Shown here in pieces: positions 8,814 to 18,765 of a stretch of 64,000 nucleotides of DNA. The DNA lies in the NCBI GenBank assembly GCA_040830765.1, contig JBFOMH010000007.1, forward strand, positions 38,356 to 102,355, read 5' to 3'. The translations under genes were made by a program, and so were the position numbers. The notes under the pieces were generated by a model. That model was not told the origin of the DNA. It made no database searches and saw nothing but the letters and a program-made list of their open reading frames with translations. The stretch comes from Puniceicoccaceae bacterium. Lineage in GTDB: Bacteria; Verrucomicrobiota; Verrucomicrobiia; Opitutales; Oceanipulchritudinaceae. Each line of letters starts with the position of its first letter. Within the stretch, counting starts at the first letter, position 1.

Positions 8814-10733
8814 ATGAATCACTTATCCTTCATGTCTGCCAACTTTGTCGCCCGGGAGCTGGGGTACAACATGCCGGAGGGCTGGTTGCAAGGAGATGCC
8901 GCTACCCAGGCCCACTTCTCGCCCCTGAATACATTTGAGGAGCGCTTTGATGCCCTGCTGGGCGAGATTGTCGACCTTGGATTCGAGGCGATCGATCTCT
9001 GGACGGGCCACCTCAACTGGAAGTGGGCCACGCCAGCTCATTTGGATACCGCCAAAGGACTATTGGACAAGCATGGCCTGCGGGTGGTCAGCTACGCCGG
9101 TGGATTCGGTGAAACGCCTGCTGAGTTTGAGGCGGCCTGCCTTATTTGCCGCAAACTGGGAATCCCCATCCTGGGAGGGGGCACAAGCCTTCTGGAAAGT
9201 GACCGCGATGCGGCGGTGGCCATCCTCCGCAAACACGGGGTGATCTTTGCTCTAGAGAACCATCCGGAGGCCAATGCGGAGGAAGTGCTGGCCAAGCTGG
9301 GTGATGGCGACGAGGACGTCATCGGGGTCGCTGTCGACACGGGCTGGTTCGCCACCCAGGAAGCCGATGTATTCAAGGAGTTGCAGGCTTTGGGGAACCG
9401 TATCCGGCATGTCCACCTGAAGGACGTGCTCGCCAAGCGAACTGAGAAGACCGGTTATTTTTTCAAGGATATGGGACATGAGACCTGCGAGCTGGGCAAG
9501 GGTATTGTCCCCGTCAAGGAGTGTATCCAATATCTGGTGACACAAGGTTACCGGGGAGCTATTGCCATCGAGCACGAACCGGAAGATTTCGATCCCCGGG
9601 ATGACTGCCGGAAGTCACTGGAAAGCGTCAAGGGCTGGTTCGTGGAGGCCACCACCGCCATTACACCGAAGGATCCAGTGGGCGTGGCCATTGTCGGCTG
9701 TGGCAACATTGCCGACCGCTATGCGGCCCAGATCAACTCCTACCCGCACGTCAAGCTGCTGGGAACCCAGGACATCGATCGCTCCCGGGCGGAAAAGCTG
9801 GCTACCGATTTTAGTGGGAAGGTCTATGATTCGATTGAGGAGCTGCTCGCCGACGATGCAGTGGAGGTCGTCGTCAACCTGACCATCCACCATGTCCATG
9901 AAGCGATTATCCGCCAGTGCCTTGAGGCGGGAAAGCATGTCCACACGGAAAAGCCCCTCGCCCTTAACAGCGAGGCGGCATGGGGCCTGGTTGAGCTGGC
10001 GGACCAGCTCGGCCTGCGGCTTAGCAGTGCCCCTACCACCTGGCTTGGGGAGGCCCAGCAGGCGGTCTGGCGGAAGATAAAGGAAGGCGCAATCGGCCAG
10101 CCCCGTATTGCCTATGCAGAGGTCAACTGGGGTCGTATTGAGTCGTGGCATCCCAACCCAGGACCGTTCTATGCTGTCGGTCCGGTATTTGATGTCGCAG
10201 TGTATCCCCTTACCCTGCTGACGGCGTTTTTCGGCCCGGTCAAGCGGGTCATTGCCGGCGGGGGGGTCCTCTATCCGGACCGCCTTACCAAGGAGGGCAA
10301 GCCGTTTACCGTCGAGTCACCAGACTGGACAGCTGCTGTGGTCGAGTTTGCCTCTGGCATGACGGCCCGGGTCACTGCCAGCTTTTACGTCACCGGGACC
10401 ACAACCCAGTCCGGAATGGAGATTCACGGGGACAACGGGATGGTCCGCATGGACCGCTGGGATGTCTTTGAATCACCAGCTTACGTGGCCAGCAAGGAGA
10501 CCGGCGACCAGACCTGGAAACTTGTGCCCGACAGTTATCCCGCTCCGGGAATTGAGTTTGCCCGCGGGCTTTCCGATCTCGCCCACGCCATCCGGGAAAA
10601 TCGGCCCCACCTGACAACAGGGGCGCATGCCGCCCATGTTGTAGAAATTGCCGAGGCAATCCTCACCAGTATCCGGGAGTCACGCCCGGTCGAAGTCGAC
10701 GCTACTCGTTTTCGGCCAGCTGAACTTGCTTGA
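8814..10733 (+). CDS. Fusion of a xylose-isomerase-like TIM barrel (sugar phosphate isomerase/epimerase) and a Gfo/Idh/MocA oxidoreductase
   Basis: N-half has ALENH, DTGW, HVHLKD and IAIEHE metal-binding motifs. C-half has VGCGNIA, GKHVHTEKPLA and GPVFDVAVY. Confidence 0.85.
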   Translation: MNHLSFMSANFVARELGYNMPEGWLQGDAATQAHFSPLNTFEERFDALLGEIVDLGFEAIDLWTGHLNWKWATPAHLDTAKGLLDKHGLRVVSYAGGFGETPAEFEAACLICRKLGIPILGGGTSLLESDRDAAVAILRKHGVIFALENHPEANAEEVLAKLGDGDEDVIGVAVDTGWFATQEADVFKELQALGNRIRHVHLKDVLAKRTEKTGYFFKDMGHETCELGKGIVPVKECIQYLVTQGYRGAIAIEHEPEDFDPRDDCRKSLESVKGWFVEATTAITPKDPVGVAIVGCGNIADRYAAQINSYPHVKLLGTQDIDRSRAEKLATDFSGKVYDSIEELLADDAVEVVVNLTIHHVHEAIIRQCLEAGKHVHTEKPLALNSEAAWGLVELADQLGLRLSSAPTTWLGEAQQAVWRKIKEGAIGQPRIAYAEVNWGRIESWHPNPGPFYAVGPVFDVAVYPLTLLTAFFGPVKRVIAGGGVLYPDRLTKEGKPFTVESPDWTAAVVEFASGMTARVTASFYVTGTTTQSGMEIHGDNGMVRMDRWDVFESPAYVASKETGDQTWKLVPDSYPAPGIEFARGLSDLAHAIRENRPHLTTGAHAAHVVEIAEAILTSIRESRPVEVDATRFRPAELA

Positions 10734-11688
10734 ACGGTCGCGAGGTTGCCTTGTCCGCTGTCGGAAAATCGTCCGGAATGGGCTGGGTCACTTTGCCAGT
10801 GGCCACCCATTCCACCCCGCGCAGGAGGGTTGTCTGGAAGCCCACTCCCTCAAAGGAATAGTCCTCGTGGCCGAGGGTCGTATGGAAGATTCGGCCCTCG
10901 CCATACTCGAGGACCATCAGCATCGGCTCATGGCGGCCGGTTCCCTTCAGCTCAGGTGAAGAATAAGCGGAGGCAATGATGGTCATGTTCTCCGCCGGCC
11001 CACGCAGGCGGTCGTAGCACTCGTCCTGGGTATGCAGCCACTGCTTGGGCATGCCTTCCGTAATCGGATGCGGCTCCCGCAACATAATGAGGATTTCATG
11101 CTGTGGCCCGTGGCTGCCGCCACGGCCGGGAGAAACGTCCCGGACCAATTCCCCGGCCTCGTTGTAATAGACATAGGGTCCGTCCTCCTCGTTGCGCCCA
11201 CCCCAGCCACCAAGGCCGATCATGCGGTTGAATTCCTTCCAATCCGGCCAGGAGTTGTTGGCCGCATGGACGACAACAAATCCACCCCCGCCGGATACAA
11301 AAGCCTCCAATGCGGCCTGTGTTTCCTCCGGCCAGGGAGCAGCCTTCCAGCCAAAGTTGGAGATCACCACATCATAGTCATCGAAAGCCGGGAGATAGTG
11401 CGGATCCGTCTTGGGCTCGGGCATTGGGAAATACTCCAGGCCATCGCCCAGCGGGTACTGCTCCGACCACTTCTCACCCCGCCAGGTGAAACGGGTCCGC
11501 TGTATCTCCACAGTGAACTTCCCCGTCTCTTCCAAGTACTGCTTCATCATCATCGTCGACTTCGGCCACACCGTGTGGTTGTTCTGCCCGTCGACAATGA
11601 GGACGCGGATGGGACCTGTCTCTGCATCACAAGCACTGAGTAGCATCGTCAGGGGAAGGAAAATAAGAAACATGCTGAGTCGCGTCAT
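10702..11688 (-). CDS. ThuA domain-containing lipoprotein (trehalose utilisation-like)
   Basis: LLSAC lipobox; VLIVDGQNNH, GGGFVVVHAA, DECY and GRIFHTTLGH motifs. Confidence 0.8.
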   Translation of the reverse strand: MTRLSMFLIFLPLTMLLSACDAETGPIRVLIVDGQNNHTVWPKSTMMMKQYLEETGKFTVEIQRTRFTWRGEKWSEQYPLGDGLEYFPMPEPKTDPHYLPAFDDYDVVISNFGWKAAPWPEETQAALEAFVSGGGGFVVVHAANNSWPDWKEFNRMIGLGGWGGRNEEDGPYVYYNEAGELVRDVSPGRGGSHGPQHEILIMLREPHPITEGMPKQWLHTQDECYDRLRGPAENMTIIASAYSSPELKGTGRHEPMLMVLEYGEGRIFHTTLGHEDYSFEGVGFQTTLLRGVEWVATGKVTQPIPDDFPTADKATSRPFKQVQLAENE

Positions 11689-11797
11689 GAAGTCTGACTT
11701 TAGACACCCGTCAGAATGAATCAATATCGGACTTGGAATTGTAACGGGTCCATTTATTAACTTGCTCTTATACCGTTATGCTGTAATTTTATGCGTT

Positions 11798-12040
11798 ATG
11801 AAAAAGGTCTCGATAATGGAGGCTCAGCATAACCTCTCCAAGGTCCTGCAAAAGGTGGAGGAAGGTCAGGCCGTGTATGTCACCCGCCGCAAGAAAGTGG
11901 TGGCGAAAATTGTCCCCCCCACCAGCGAAGAGCCAGTGAAATTTCCGGACTTCGCAGGGCGCGCGCGTCGCACATGGGGTGGAAAGTGGTCCGGTACTGC
12001 CTCCTCCGATCTCCTTGATGAATCCCGGGGCAACCGATGA
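11798..12040 (+). CDS. Phd/YefM family antitoxin
   Basis: MKKVSIMEAQHNLSKVLQKVEEGQAVYVTRR is a Phd-like N-terminus; ATGA overlap with the PIN gene. Confidence 0.85.
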   Translation: MKKVSIMEAQHNLSKVLQKVEEGQAVYVTRRKKVVAKIVPPTSEEPVKFPDFAGRARRTWGGKWSGTASSDLLDESRGNR

Positions 12041-12477
12041 AGGCCTATTACGACACAGGTGTCATCCTGAAGCTATACACCACCGAGTCGGAATCCGCTG
12101 CCGTCAGGCGGTTCGTCAAGGCAAGGAAGGAGCCCCTTTACCTGAATTCCCTCCACCGGACAGAGTGCGTCTCAGCCTTTCGGCTCAAGGCCTTTCGCGG
12201 GGAATGCGGCGAGGAGGCTTCCACAAATGCGATTGCTGACCTGGAGGATGATATTGCCAGTGGCATGATCCAGCTTGTCGGTATAGACTGGGACGCTGCC
12301 TGGAGCCTCAGTCGCGCAATGGCGGATGCCCATGCTGCAACAACCGGATGCCGGACCCTCGATACCCTGCACGTGGCCTGTGCCCGCTCGCTTGGCATTC
12401 GCGAGCTGATAAGCTCCGACAAAAGACAGAGGAAGCTGGCAAGGGCCATTGGCATGCGGGTCACCGAACCGCGCTAG
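12037..12477 (+). CDS. vapC: VapC/PIN-domain toxin
   Basis: YYDTG, RTLDTLHVACA and ISSDKRQ PIN motifs. Confidence 0.85.
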   Translation: MKAYYDTGVILKLYTTESESAAVRRFVKARKEPLYLNSLHRTECVSAFRLKAFRGECGEEASTNAIADLEDDIASGMIQLVGIDWDAAWSLSRAMADAHAATTGCRTLDTLHVACARSLGIRELISSDKRQRKLARAIGMRVTEPR

Positions 12478-12551
12478 GAGAACTTTACCATCACAGCGCA
12501 GACCCGGGTTGAAATTTTCCGGGTAAAGGAGCGGTCCGCTCGGGAGGAAAA

Positions 12552-13961
12552 TCACCCGTAAACTATCGGATCGAACTGCTTCTCGATCTGGAGACGAAAG
12601 TTGTCCACGGAATCAATGACATCCATAGCCTTCAACTGGTAGGCGGCATTGCCAATGATGGCGGCCTCTGTCGGGATGGCGCAGACCTGGCGGCCACTGC
12701 GTTCAGAGATGGCGCGGCAGAGATTGGTATTCTTGGCCCCTCCCCCGATGATGACGATACGCTTGAAGGACTTGCCGAGGGAACTCTCGAAATTGTTCAT
12801 CGACTCGGCAATGCTCTGGGCAATCGATTCGGCGGCCAGCTTGAGGTAGCCAGGGAGCGTCTGCGGCTTGTCATACCCGAAGTCAGCCAGCTGCTTGTCG
12901 ACCGCGACCTGCATGTCCTTCGGGTTGAAGAGGGCCTCGTCGGTAGTGTCGAGAACATAGTCCGGTCGCGGAATTTTCGCTACCGCTTCATCCAGCTGCA
13001 TCCACTCCTCGGCGCTGGACGGCTTGGCCTGGAAGCTCTCGAGGAGCTTTTCCACCAGCCAGAGGCCGAGGAGGATTTTTGTTGGCCGGAAGGCACCGTT
13101 ACCGCAACGTTCGTGGGAGATGCCCTGGGAGAGCCCCTTGTCGACCGGGAAGGGCTTGTCGGAGAAGCAGCCTGCGAGGCACCATGTGCCGGTGCTGACA
13201 ATGAAGTCGTCGTCCGTTACCCCAGGCGCGCCTTCAAAGGCACAGGAAGTGTCGTGCCCGGGAACGAGGGAGACCGCGAGTCCGGAAAGGCCGCGTTCGC
13301 CGGTGATGTTACCCAATCGCTTGCCTGCCGTTGCGGGACCGTAAAACCATGATTCCGGGATGCCCAGTTCATCCATCAGGCCGTTGGCGAACGTGCACCC
13401 ATCAAGGGCCAGCAACTGGGAGGTACTGGCGATGGATACCTCGTTCAGCATGGAGCCGCTGAGCAGGTAGTTGACATAATCCGGCAGCCACAGACACCGT
13501 TTGACGGCCTCCCGCAAGGAGGGCATCGCCTGCAGGGTCTCCATTAACTGGAAGGTCGTGTTGTAGACAACCACGGGAATCCCGGTATGTTCATACATGT
13601 GCCGCGCCTGCTCGGAATTCGGTTCCGGCAGGATCGGCCGTGTCCGTTCATCGCGGTAAGAATAAATCGGATGAGCCAGCCGGCCGTCCTCGAGGACCAG
13701 GGCACAATCAACGCCCCAAAAATCGACTCCGCAGGAGGCAAGGCTCTTTACCTCGCGTCGTGCGGCCTGCAATCCCTGGACAATTTCCCGGAATAGACTG
13801 CCCGGTTGCCAGTAGTAGTGGTTGCCCAGCTTTTCAAAGCCGTGGGAAAATCGATGGGTCTCGGTGAGGTCGAGACGGGAACCGTCCCAGCGGACAAGAA
13901 ACACGCGCCCGCTGGTGGCGCCCATATCGACAGCGGCAACAGTGGTCGGTGTAGCTGTCAT
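12552..13961 (-). CDS. rhaB: Rhamnulokinase/fuculokinase (FGGY family)
   Basis: AAVDMGATSGR, YSYRDERT, GHDTSCA, STGTW and IIGGG motifs; last gene of the BMC operon. Confidence 0.8.
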   Translation of the reverse strand: MTATPTTVAAVDMGATSGRVFLVRWDGSRLDLTETHRFSHGFEKLGNHYYWQPGSLFREIVQGLQAARREVKSLASCGVDFWGVDCALVLEDGRLAHPIYSYRDERTRPILPEPNSEQARHMYEHTGIPVVVYNTTFQLMETLQAMPSLREAVKRCLWLPDYVNYLLSGSMLNEVSIASTSQLLALDGCTFANGLMDELGIPESWFYGPATAGKRLGNITGERGLSGLAVSLVPGHDTSCAFEGAPGVTDDDFIVSTGTWCLAGCFSDKPFPVDKGLSQGISHERCGNGAFRPTKILLGLWLVEKLLESFQAKPSSAEEWMQLDEAVAKIPRPDYVLDTTDEALFNPKDMQVAVDKQLADFGYDKPQTLPGYLKLAAESIAQSIAESMNNFESSLGKSFKRIVIIGGGAKNTNLCRAISERSGRQVCAIPTEAAIIGNAAYQLKAMDVIDSVDNFRLQIEKQFDPIVYG

Positions 13962-13967
13962 GGTGCC

Positions 13968-14963
13968 TTAGATTGAAAGGCCCAATTGACCAAACGCAAC
14001 GCTGCGTTCCTCAACCAGCTCGGCATTGGAAGCGGCAATCTTCTCCTTGGCGTAGTCCGTCAGCTTGACACCTTCGACAACCCGCCAGTTGCCGACGGCA
14101 TCCACTCGTATCGGCATGGAAGTAATGATGCCCTCGGGTGTTCCGTATTCACCTTTGGATATGACGCAGACGCTGTGGAAGCCACCCCGGGTGGGGTTGT
14201 TGAGATCGCGTACCGTGTCCACGACGGCATAGGCGGCGGAGGCGGCCGAGGAGGCCCCGCGGGCCTGGATAATCGCCGCGCCCCGCTTGCCGACAGTCGG
14301 GACAAAGGTTTCCTTGAGCCAGTCTTCGTCGGTGATGACCGCCGTGGCTGGCTGGCGGCCGATCTTGGCATTATAAAAATCCGGCCACATTGTCGGGCTG
14401 TGATTACCCCAGACGCAGAGCTCGGTCACTTCCTTGACGGGGACCCCGGCCTTCTGGGCCAGCTGTGTCTTGGCCCGGTTCTCGTCCAGTCGGGTCATGG
14501 CGAAGAATTGCTCATTAGGGATGTCCGGAGCGCTCTTCATGGCGATGAGGCAATTGGTGTTGCAGGGATTGCCAACCACCAGGACCCGGCAACTGCTCTT
14601 GGCGTTGTCATTGATAGCCTTCCCCTGGCCGACAAAAATCTTCCCGTTGATGCCGAGCAGGTCGGCGCGCTCCATGCCCGCCTTGCGCGGCACAGAACCC
14701 ACCAGCAGCGCCCAGTCGCAGTCCTTGAACCCGACATTGAGATCGGACGTCTGGACAATCTCCTCCAGCAGCGGAAAAGCACAATCGTCCAGTTCCATAG
14801 CCACACCCTTGAGGGCGTCGAGGGCCGGCTCGATCTCGATCAGGTTCAGGGCCACCGGTTGGTCCGGGCCGAACATTTGGCCGGAGGCAATCCGGAACAG
14901 GAGGGCATATCCAATGTTACCGGCAGCTCCGGTAACGGCGACGCGTATCGCTTCTTTTTTCAT
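13968..14963 (-). CDS. mdh: Malate dehydrogenase (type 2)
   Basis: [28 protein letters not shown] (Arg specificity residue), [12 protein letters not shown] and WGNHS motifs. Confidence 0.92.
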   Translation of the reverse strand: MKKEAIRVAVTGAAGNIGYALLFRIASGQMFGPDQPVALNLIEIEPALDALKGVAMELDDCAFPLLEEIVQTSDLNVGFKDCDWALLVGSVPRKAGMERADLLGINGKIFVGQGKAINDNAKSSCRVLVVGNPCNTNCLIAMKSAPDIPNEQFFAMTRLDENRAKTQLAQKAGVPVKEVTELCVWGNHSPTMWPDFYNAKIGRQPATAVITDEDWLKETFVPTVGKRGAAIIQARGASSAASAAYAVVDTVRDLNNPTRGGFHSVCVISKGEYGTPEGIITSMPIRVDAVGNWRVVEGVKLTDYAKEKIAASNAELVEERSVAFGQLGLSI

Positions 14964-14982
14964 CTCAGTTGCTTAATAATGG

Positions 14983-16074
14983 TTAGCGCTTCAATTCGTT
15001 CATGATCATGTCGGTGATCTGCTGGACAACAGCCTCGTCAACATCACCTGCGGGAGCCGGTTCCGTGGAGCAGCTGCAGGTACCCGGCTGCGGGTTCGAG
15101 TGCACGGTATGCTCCCCGATGTCGCACAGCTCGCATTCCTTCAGCTCATCCAGGCGGTAGTCCGGCATGCCCAGCTTCTTGCGCAGCTCAATCAGCTCCT
15201 TCAGCTTGTCGGTGCCGTATTGCTTGGGTCCGCCAATTTGCATGGCCACGGTGACCGTCTGGCAGAAAGCGTCGGTATTTTCCATCTTCCAATAGGCATC
15301 CTCGACATCCTTGCCCCAGCAGATGACTCCGTGGTTCTGCATCAGGATGGACTGGTGCTTCTTGGCCAGCGCGCCGACTTCCCTCGCGTTCTCCGGCGTG
15401 CCGGGGGTCTGGTAGCTGGCGAGGCCGATTTCACCAAGGAAGACTTCCGGCTCTGGAATGAGGCAAGAGGGTGGCGTCACCCCGGCGACCGCGAAGGCTG
15501 TTGCATGGACCGGGTGGGCGTGGACACAGGACTTGGCCTTAGGCTCATTCTTCATGATGCCAAGGTGGGTGTTGACCTCGGAAGTCCGCGGCCGGGTTCC
15601 GGCAACCTGGTTGCCGTCGAGGTCCACCAGGCAAAGGTCGTCCGGGGTCATGAAACCCTTGGAAATCAGGGTCGGTGTGCAGAGAACGAGGTTGTCCCCT
15701 ACCCGCACGGTGATGTTACCGCCGTTACCGTCGACGTACCCCTTGTCCCAGATACGCTTGCCGATGTGGCAGATGCGTTCCTTGAGGGCCTGGATTTCCG
15801 GGGAATAAAAGAACTTCTCCAGCTCGGCTGCCGTCTTGGGATCCCCACCGGGCTTCCAGTTGTACTCCGCATCCGGCAGCACCGGCGTGTGGATCTTCAC
15901 CGAGGAACTGCTACCGCTCGACGCCTGCGGGGCTGCCGTTCCCGGCTTCACCTTGTGCTTGCGGAGGATATCCCGGGCCATCGGCGTGAACTTGGCATCC
16001 GCCGGAAGGGTCTTCAGGCAGGTGCCCTGGGCAATCATCTTTTCAAGATCTTTAGCTGTGTAGAATTTGCTCAT
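14983..16074 (-). CDS. Class II aldolase (fuculose/rhamnulose-1-phosphate aldolase, PVM type) with an N-terminal extension and a C-terminal encapsulation peptide
   Basis: GNGGNIT, TSEVNTH, HAHP and NHG motifs; tail VDEAVVQQITDMIMNEL. Confidence 0.88.
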   Translation of the reverse strand: MSKFYTAKDLEKMIAQGTCLKTLPADAKFTPMARDILRKHKVKPGTAAPQASSGSSSSVKIHTPVLPDAEYNWKPGGDPKTAAELEKFFYSPEIQALKERICHIGKRIWDKGYVDGNGGNITVRVGDNLVLCTPTLISKGFMTPDDLCLVDLDGNQVAGTRPRTSEVNTHLGIMKNEPKAKSCVHAHPVHATAFAVAGVTPPSCLIPEPEVFLGEIGLASYQTPGTPENAREVGALAKKHQSILMQNHGVICWGKDVEDAYWKMENTDAFCQTVTVAMQIGGPKQYGTDKLKELIELRKKLGMPDYRLDELKECELCDIGEHTVHSNPQPGTCSCSTEPAPAGDVDEAVVQQITDMIMNELKR

Positions 16075-16083
16075 GTTTCAAAA

Positions 16084-16377
16084 TTACGGGGTTTGAAATT
16101 TGTAGGTATCCACCAGGGCCACGTTGATGGCGTCCAGCGGGATCGGAAAATCAAAGGGTTGGGTCGCTTCCGTGCCCTCCACATAAAGGATGACGTCGCC
16201 ATCTCCAGCACCGAGGTTGTCATAGACAACGGGAGTCCAGCCATCGGCCACTCCGTCGGGATTCTTCCCGGACAACTCGTCCGGCCCCATCGGTGCCAGC
16301 ACCAACCAGCGCGCCCCCTTGAACTGGGGAGCCGCATGACTCAGCGTGACCTTGCCTATGACGCGTCCGGGTTTCAT
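16084..16377 (-). CDS. BMC vertex protein (EutN/CcmL, BMC-P)
   Basis: GRVIGKV, YDNLGAGDGD and PLDAINVALVD motifs. Confidence 0.85.
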   Translation of the reverse strand: MKPGRVIGKVTLSHAAPQFKGARWLVLAPMGPDELSGKNPDGVADGWTPVVYDNLGAGDGDVILYVEGTEATQPFDFPIPLDAINVALVDTYKFQTP

Positions 16378-16378
16378 C

Positions 16379-16633
16379 TCAGTCAACTAATCCGAGGACC
16401 TGGTTGCGGATCGGTGAGTGGTCGTCATGCACCGTCCCCTGCGACCATTGGCCATCCGTGGTGATAAAGACCCGCGTGTGTCGCCCGGCCCCAAAGGGAT
16501 CAATGGCTGCAACCGGGTGGCCGGTCGCTTCGCCATTCTCGTCCACGGGTGTGCAAAGGACAATCTTCTGTCCCTTCAGGCTCGGGTGAGCTACCGTGGC
16601 TGTGGCGTGGCCGTCTACGCGGGCGAGTATCAT
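16379..16633 (-). CDS. BMC vertex protein (EutN/CcmL, BMC-P)
   Basis: MILARVDG, AIDPFGAG and VLGLVD motifs. Confidence 0.88.
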   Translation of the reverse strand: MILARVDGHATATVAHPSLKGQKIVLCTPVDENGEATGHPVAAIDPFGAGRHTRVFITTDGQWSQGTVHDDHSPIRNQVLGLVD

Positions 16634-16642
16634 GCGGTTGGG

Positions 16643-18088
16643 TTAAATGATGTTCAGCTGGTCCACCAGGGTGCAGCGGCGGAAGCGGGTGAATGTCCGG
16701 GGCGTGGTAATGCCCTCGCCCGTGGTGGTGGCAATGGAAAAGCTGATATAGCCTTCGCCGCCAAGTCCCAGTCCTGCCACGCAGGGACCGTTCTTGACGA
16801 ACAAGGTGGTGTCCATCTCCCGGCCCATTGAGGTCATCCGGCTGACGTTCATGGTGTGAATCATCGCCGAGTGCTTGTATCCATGTTCCGATACCTTGGC
16901 CATCTGAACCGCAGCATCAAAGTTTGGCGCGCGGACAATCGGCAGGAGCGGCATCATCTGTTCCTCGACAACGAAGAGGTCGTTCTCGTCCGTCTCGGCG
17001 ATGAGCATTTCCGTCTTGGGATTGATATTCAATCCGGCAATGGCCGCCAGCTTGGAGGCATCCGCACCGACATAGGCCCGGTTCAGGACAGCGTGCGAGC
17101 AACCGCCCCCGCCATCCTTGATATCAAAGACTTCCTTCTTGATGGCTTCCAGTTGGGTCTTGTTGAGGAGGACCGCACCAGCCCGTTGCATGGAGTCGAT
17201 GAGTGCCTTGTAGCAATCACCGGAGGCAAAGACCTGCTTCTCCCCAATGCAGAGAAGGTTGTTGTCGTAGCCGCCACCGAGGATGATGTCGCGGGCCACC
17301 TTGTTCATGTCCAGCGCCTTGCAGTCATCCACCACAACGGGCGGATTGCCGGGGCCGGCGCAGATGGCGCGCTTGCCGGTTTTCATCGCCGCATCGACGA
17401 CCGCCGGACCGCCGGTGATGCAGAGCAGGGCCACTTCGGGAGCGGCACACAGCTCGTTGAAGGAATCCAGGGTTGGCTTCTCGACGGTGCAAATCAGGTT
17501 GCTGATTCCGAGTTCCGCCTTGATGGCCTCGTTGAACTCATGCACCGCCATCGCTGCGCAGGCCGCTCCGCCCGGGTGCGGGTTGATGACCACCGCGTTG
17601 CCGGCCGCCACCATGTTGACAACGTTACCGGCAATCGTCGGGACCGAATGGGTCACCGGGGTAATGGCGCCGATCACGCCCCAAGGGGCGGATTCGTCCA
17701 TCGTGATGCCGGCGTCGCCACTCATGCCATGCGGGGCAAGGTATTCCGTCCCGAGGACATTGCGGATGCCCTGCAGCTTCTCGATCTTGTGATCAAGGCG
17801 GCCAATCTTTGTCTCTTCAAACTCGACCGTGCCCCAGCGAACCGCGTTGTCGGCACACATCTGCTTGACGATCTCCACCACCTTGGCTCTGCCGGCCCAG
17901 CCTTTTTGCTTCAGCTGCTCAAAGCCACCATGGGCTGCCTTTGCGGCCGATGCGGCGTCATCAAAGACGCCATGACGGCCCGGCTTGGATTGTATCGATG
18001 GTGTCACCACAGTCGCGTTGGCGGACTGCAGCTTGCCCAGCACTTCTGTAACAACGCTGCGGATGTCTGCTTCACTCAGCTGACTCAT
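16643..18088 (-). CDS. CoA-acylating aldehyde dehydrogenase (EutE/PduP-like; lactaldehyde)
   Basis: PWGVIGAITPVTH, ITGGPAVV, AGPGNPP, DNNLLCIGEK and EQMMP motifs; N-terminal encapsulation helix. Confidence 0.92.
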   Translation of the reverse strand: MSQLSEADIRSVVTEVLGKLQSANATVVTPSIQSKPGRHGVFDDAASAAKAAHGGFEQLKQKGWAGRAKVVEIVKQMCADNAVRWGTVEFEETKIGRLDHKIEKLQGIRNVLGTEYLAPHGMSGDAGITMDESAPWGVIGAITPVTHSVPTIAGNVVNMVAAGNAVVINPHPGGAACAAMAVHEFNEAIKAELGISNLICTVEKPTLDSFNELCAAPEVALLCITGGPAVVDAAMKTGKRAICAGPGNPPVVVDDCKALDMNKVARDIILGGGYDNNLLCIGEKQVFASGDCYKALIDSMQRAGAVLLNKTQLEAIKKEVFDIKDGGGGCSHAVLNRAYVGADASKLAAIAGLNINPKTEMLIAETDENDLFVVEEQMMPLLPIVRAPNFDAAVQMAKVSEHGYKHSAMIHTMNVSRMTSMGREMDTTLFVKNGPCVAGLGLGGEGYISFSIATTTGEGITTPRTFTRFRRCTLVDQLNII

Positions 18089-18107
18089 TTTCGGCTACTC
18101 CTGTATC

Positions 18108-18422
18108 TTAACTGTTACTCGCCTCGTAGGTCTTCTTGCCCAGGATGCTCACGTTGTCGACAATGCCGACAATGGCCGCGTCCACCGGGACGGACTTGAG
18201 CCCGTCGGCTTGGCGGGCCGAGCTGCCCTGGGCGAACATGACCAGTTCCCCCTCGCCTGCACCCAGTGTGTCAATCGCCACGATGGTGTTGCTACCGGGT
18301 TTGAATTGGCTCGGGTTGTCCGGGTCCGCCAGCATTGGACGGACCATGAGGAGCTTGCGCCCCCGCATGCTGTCGTCCTTCTTCGTCGAGACGACGGAGC
18401 CTATGACTTTACCCAAGTACAT
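18108..18422 (-). CDS. BMC vertex protein (EutN/CcmL, BMC-P)
   Basis: MYLGKVIGSVVSTKK, DTLGAGEGE, GSSAR and PVDAAIVGIVD motifs. Confidence 0.92.
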   Translation of the reverse strand: MYLGKVIGSVVSTKKDDSMRGRKLLMVRPMLADPDNPSQFKPGSNTIVAIDTLGAGEGELVMFAQGSSARQADGLKSVPVDAAIVGIVDNVSILGKKTYEASNS

Positions 18423-18427
18423 CGGTC

Positions 18428-18724
18428 CTACTTTTTGGCGGTTTTCTTCTTGGCCGGTACGACGGCGGCGATGTCATCGTGCGGACGCGCGATAACGTGG
18501 GCGCTGATGACTTCACCGAGGTTGCCGGCTGCTTCAGCCCCCGCCTCGATGGCGGCCTTGACCGCGGCAACGTCGCCGGTGATGGTCGCGCTGACGAGCG
18601 CGCTGCCAATCCCCTTCATGGGACCGGCCAGCTGCACGTTGGCGGCCTTCAGCATCGCGTCGGTGCCCTGGACGAGGGCGGTGAGTCCTTTTGTTTCCAA
18701 TATTCCAATTGCTTGTTTAGCCAT
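18428..18724 (-). CDS. BMC shell hexamer (BMC-H)
   Basis: AIGILETKG, DAMLKAANV, GDVAAVKAA and HVIARPH motifs. Confidence 0.93.
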   Translation of the reverse strand: MAKQAIGILETKGLTALVQGTDAMLKAANVQLAGPMKGIGSALVSATITGDVAAVKAAIEAGAEAAGNLGEVISAHVIARPHDDIAAVVPAKKKTAKK

Positions 18725-18765
18725 GATTATATGTGTTTAAATTTTTGTAGTGATTCGTTATTACA

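Noticed and set aside
13968..14963. Lactate dehydrogenase of the PVM locus
   Set aside because: It has Arg rather than Gln at the specificity position and an overall type-2 MDH signature.
6729..18199. Long opposite-strand ORFs (e.g. 6729-7943, 13986-15005, 15100-16464, 16856-18199)
   Set aside because: They are antisense shadows of well-supported genes, expected in high-GC DNA, and have no recognisable motifs.
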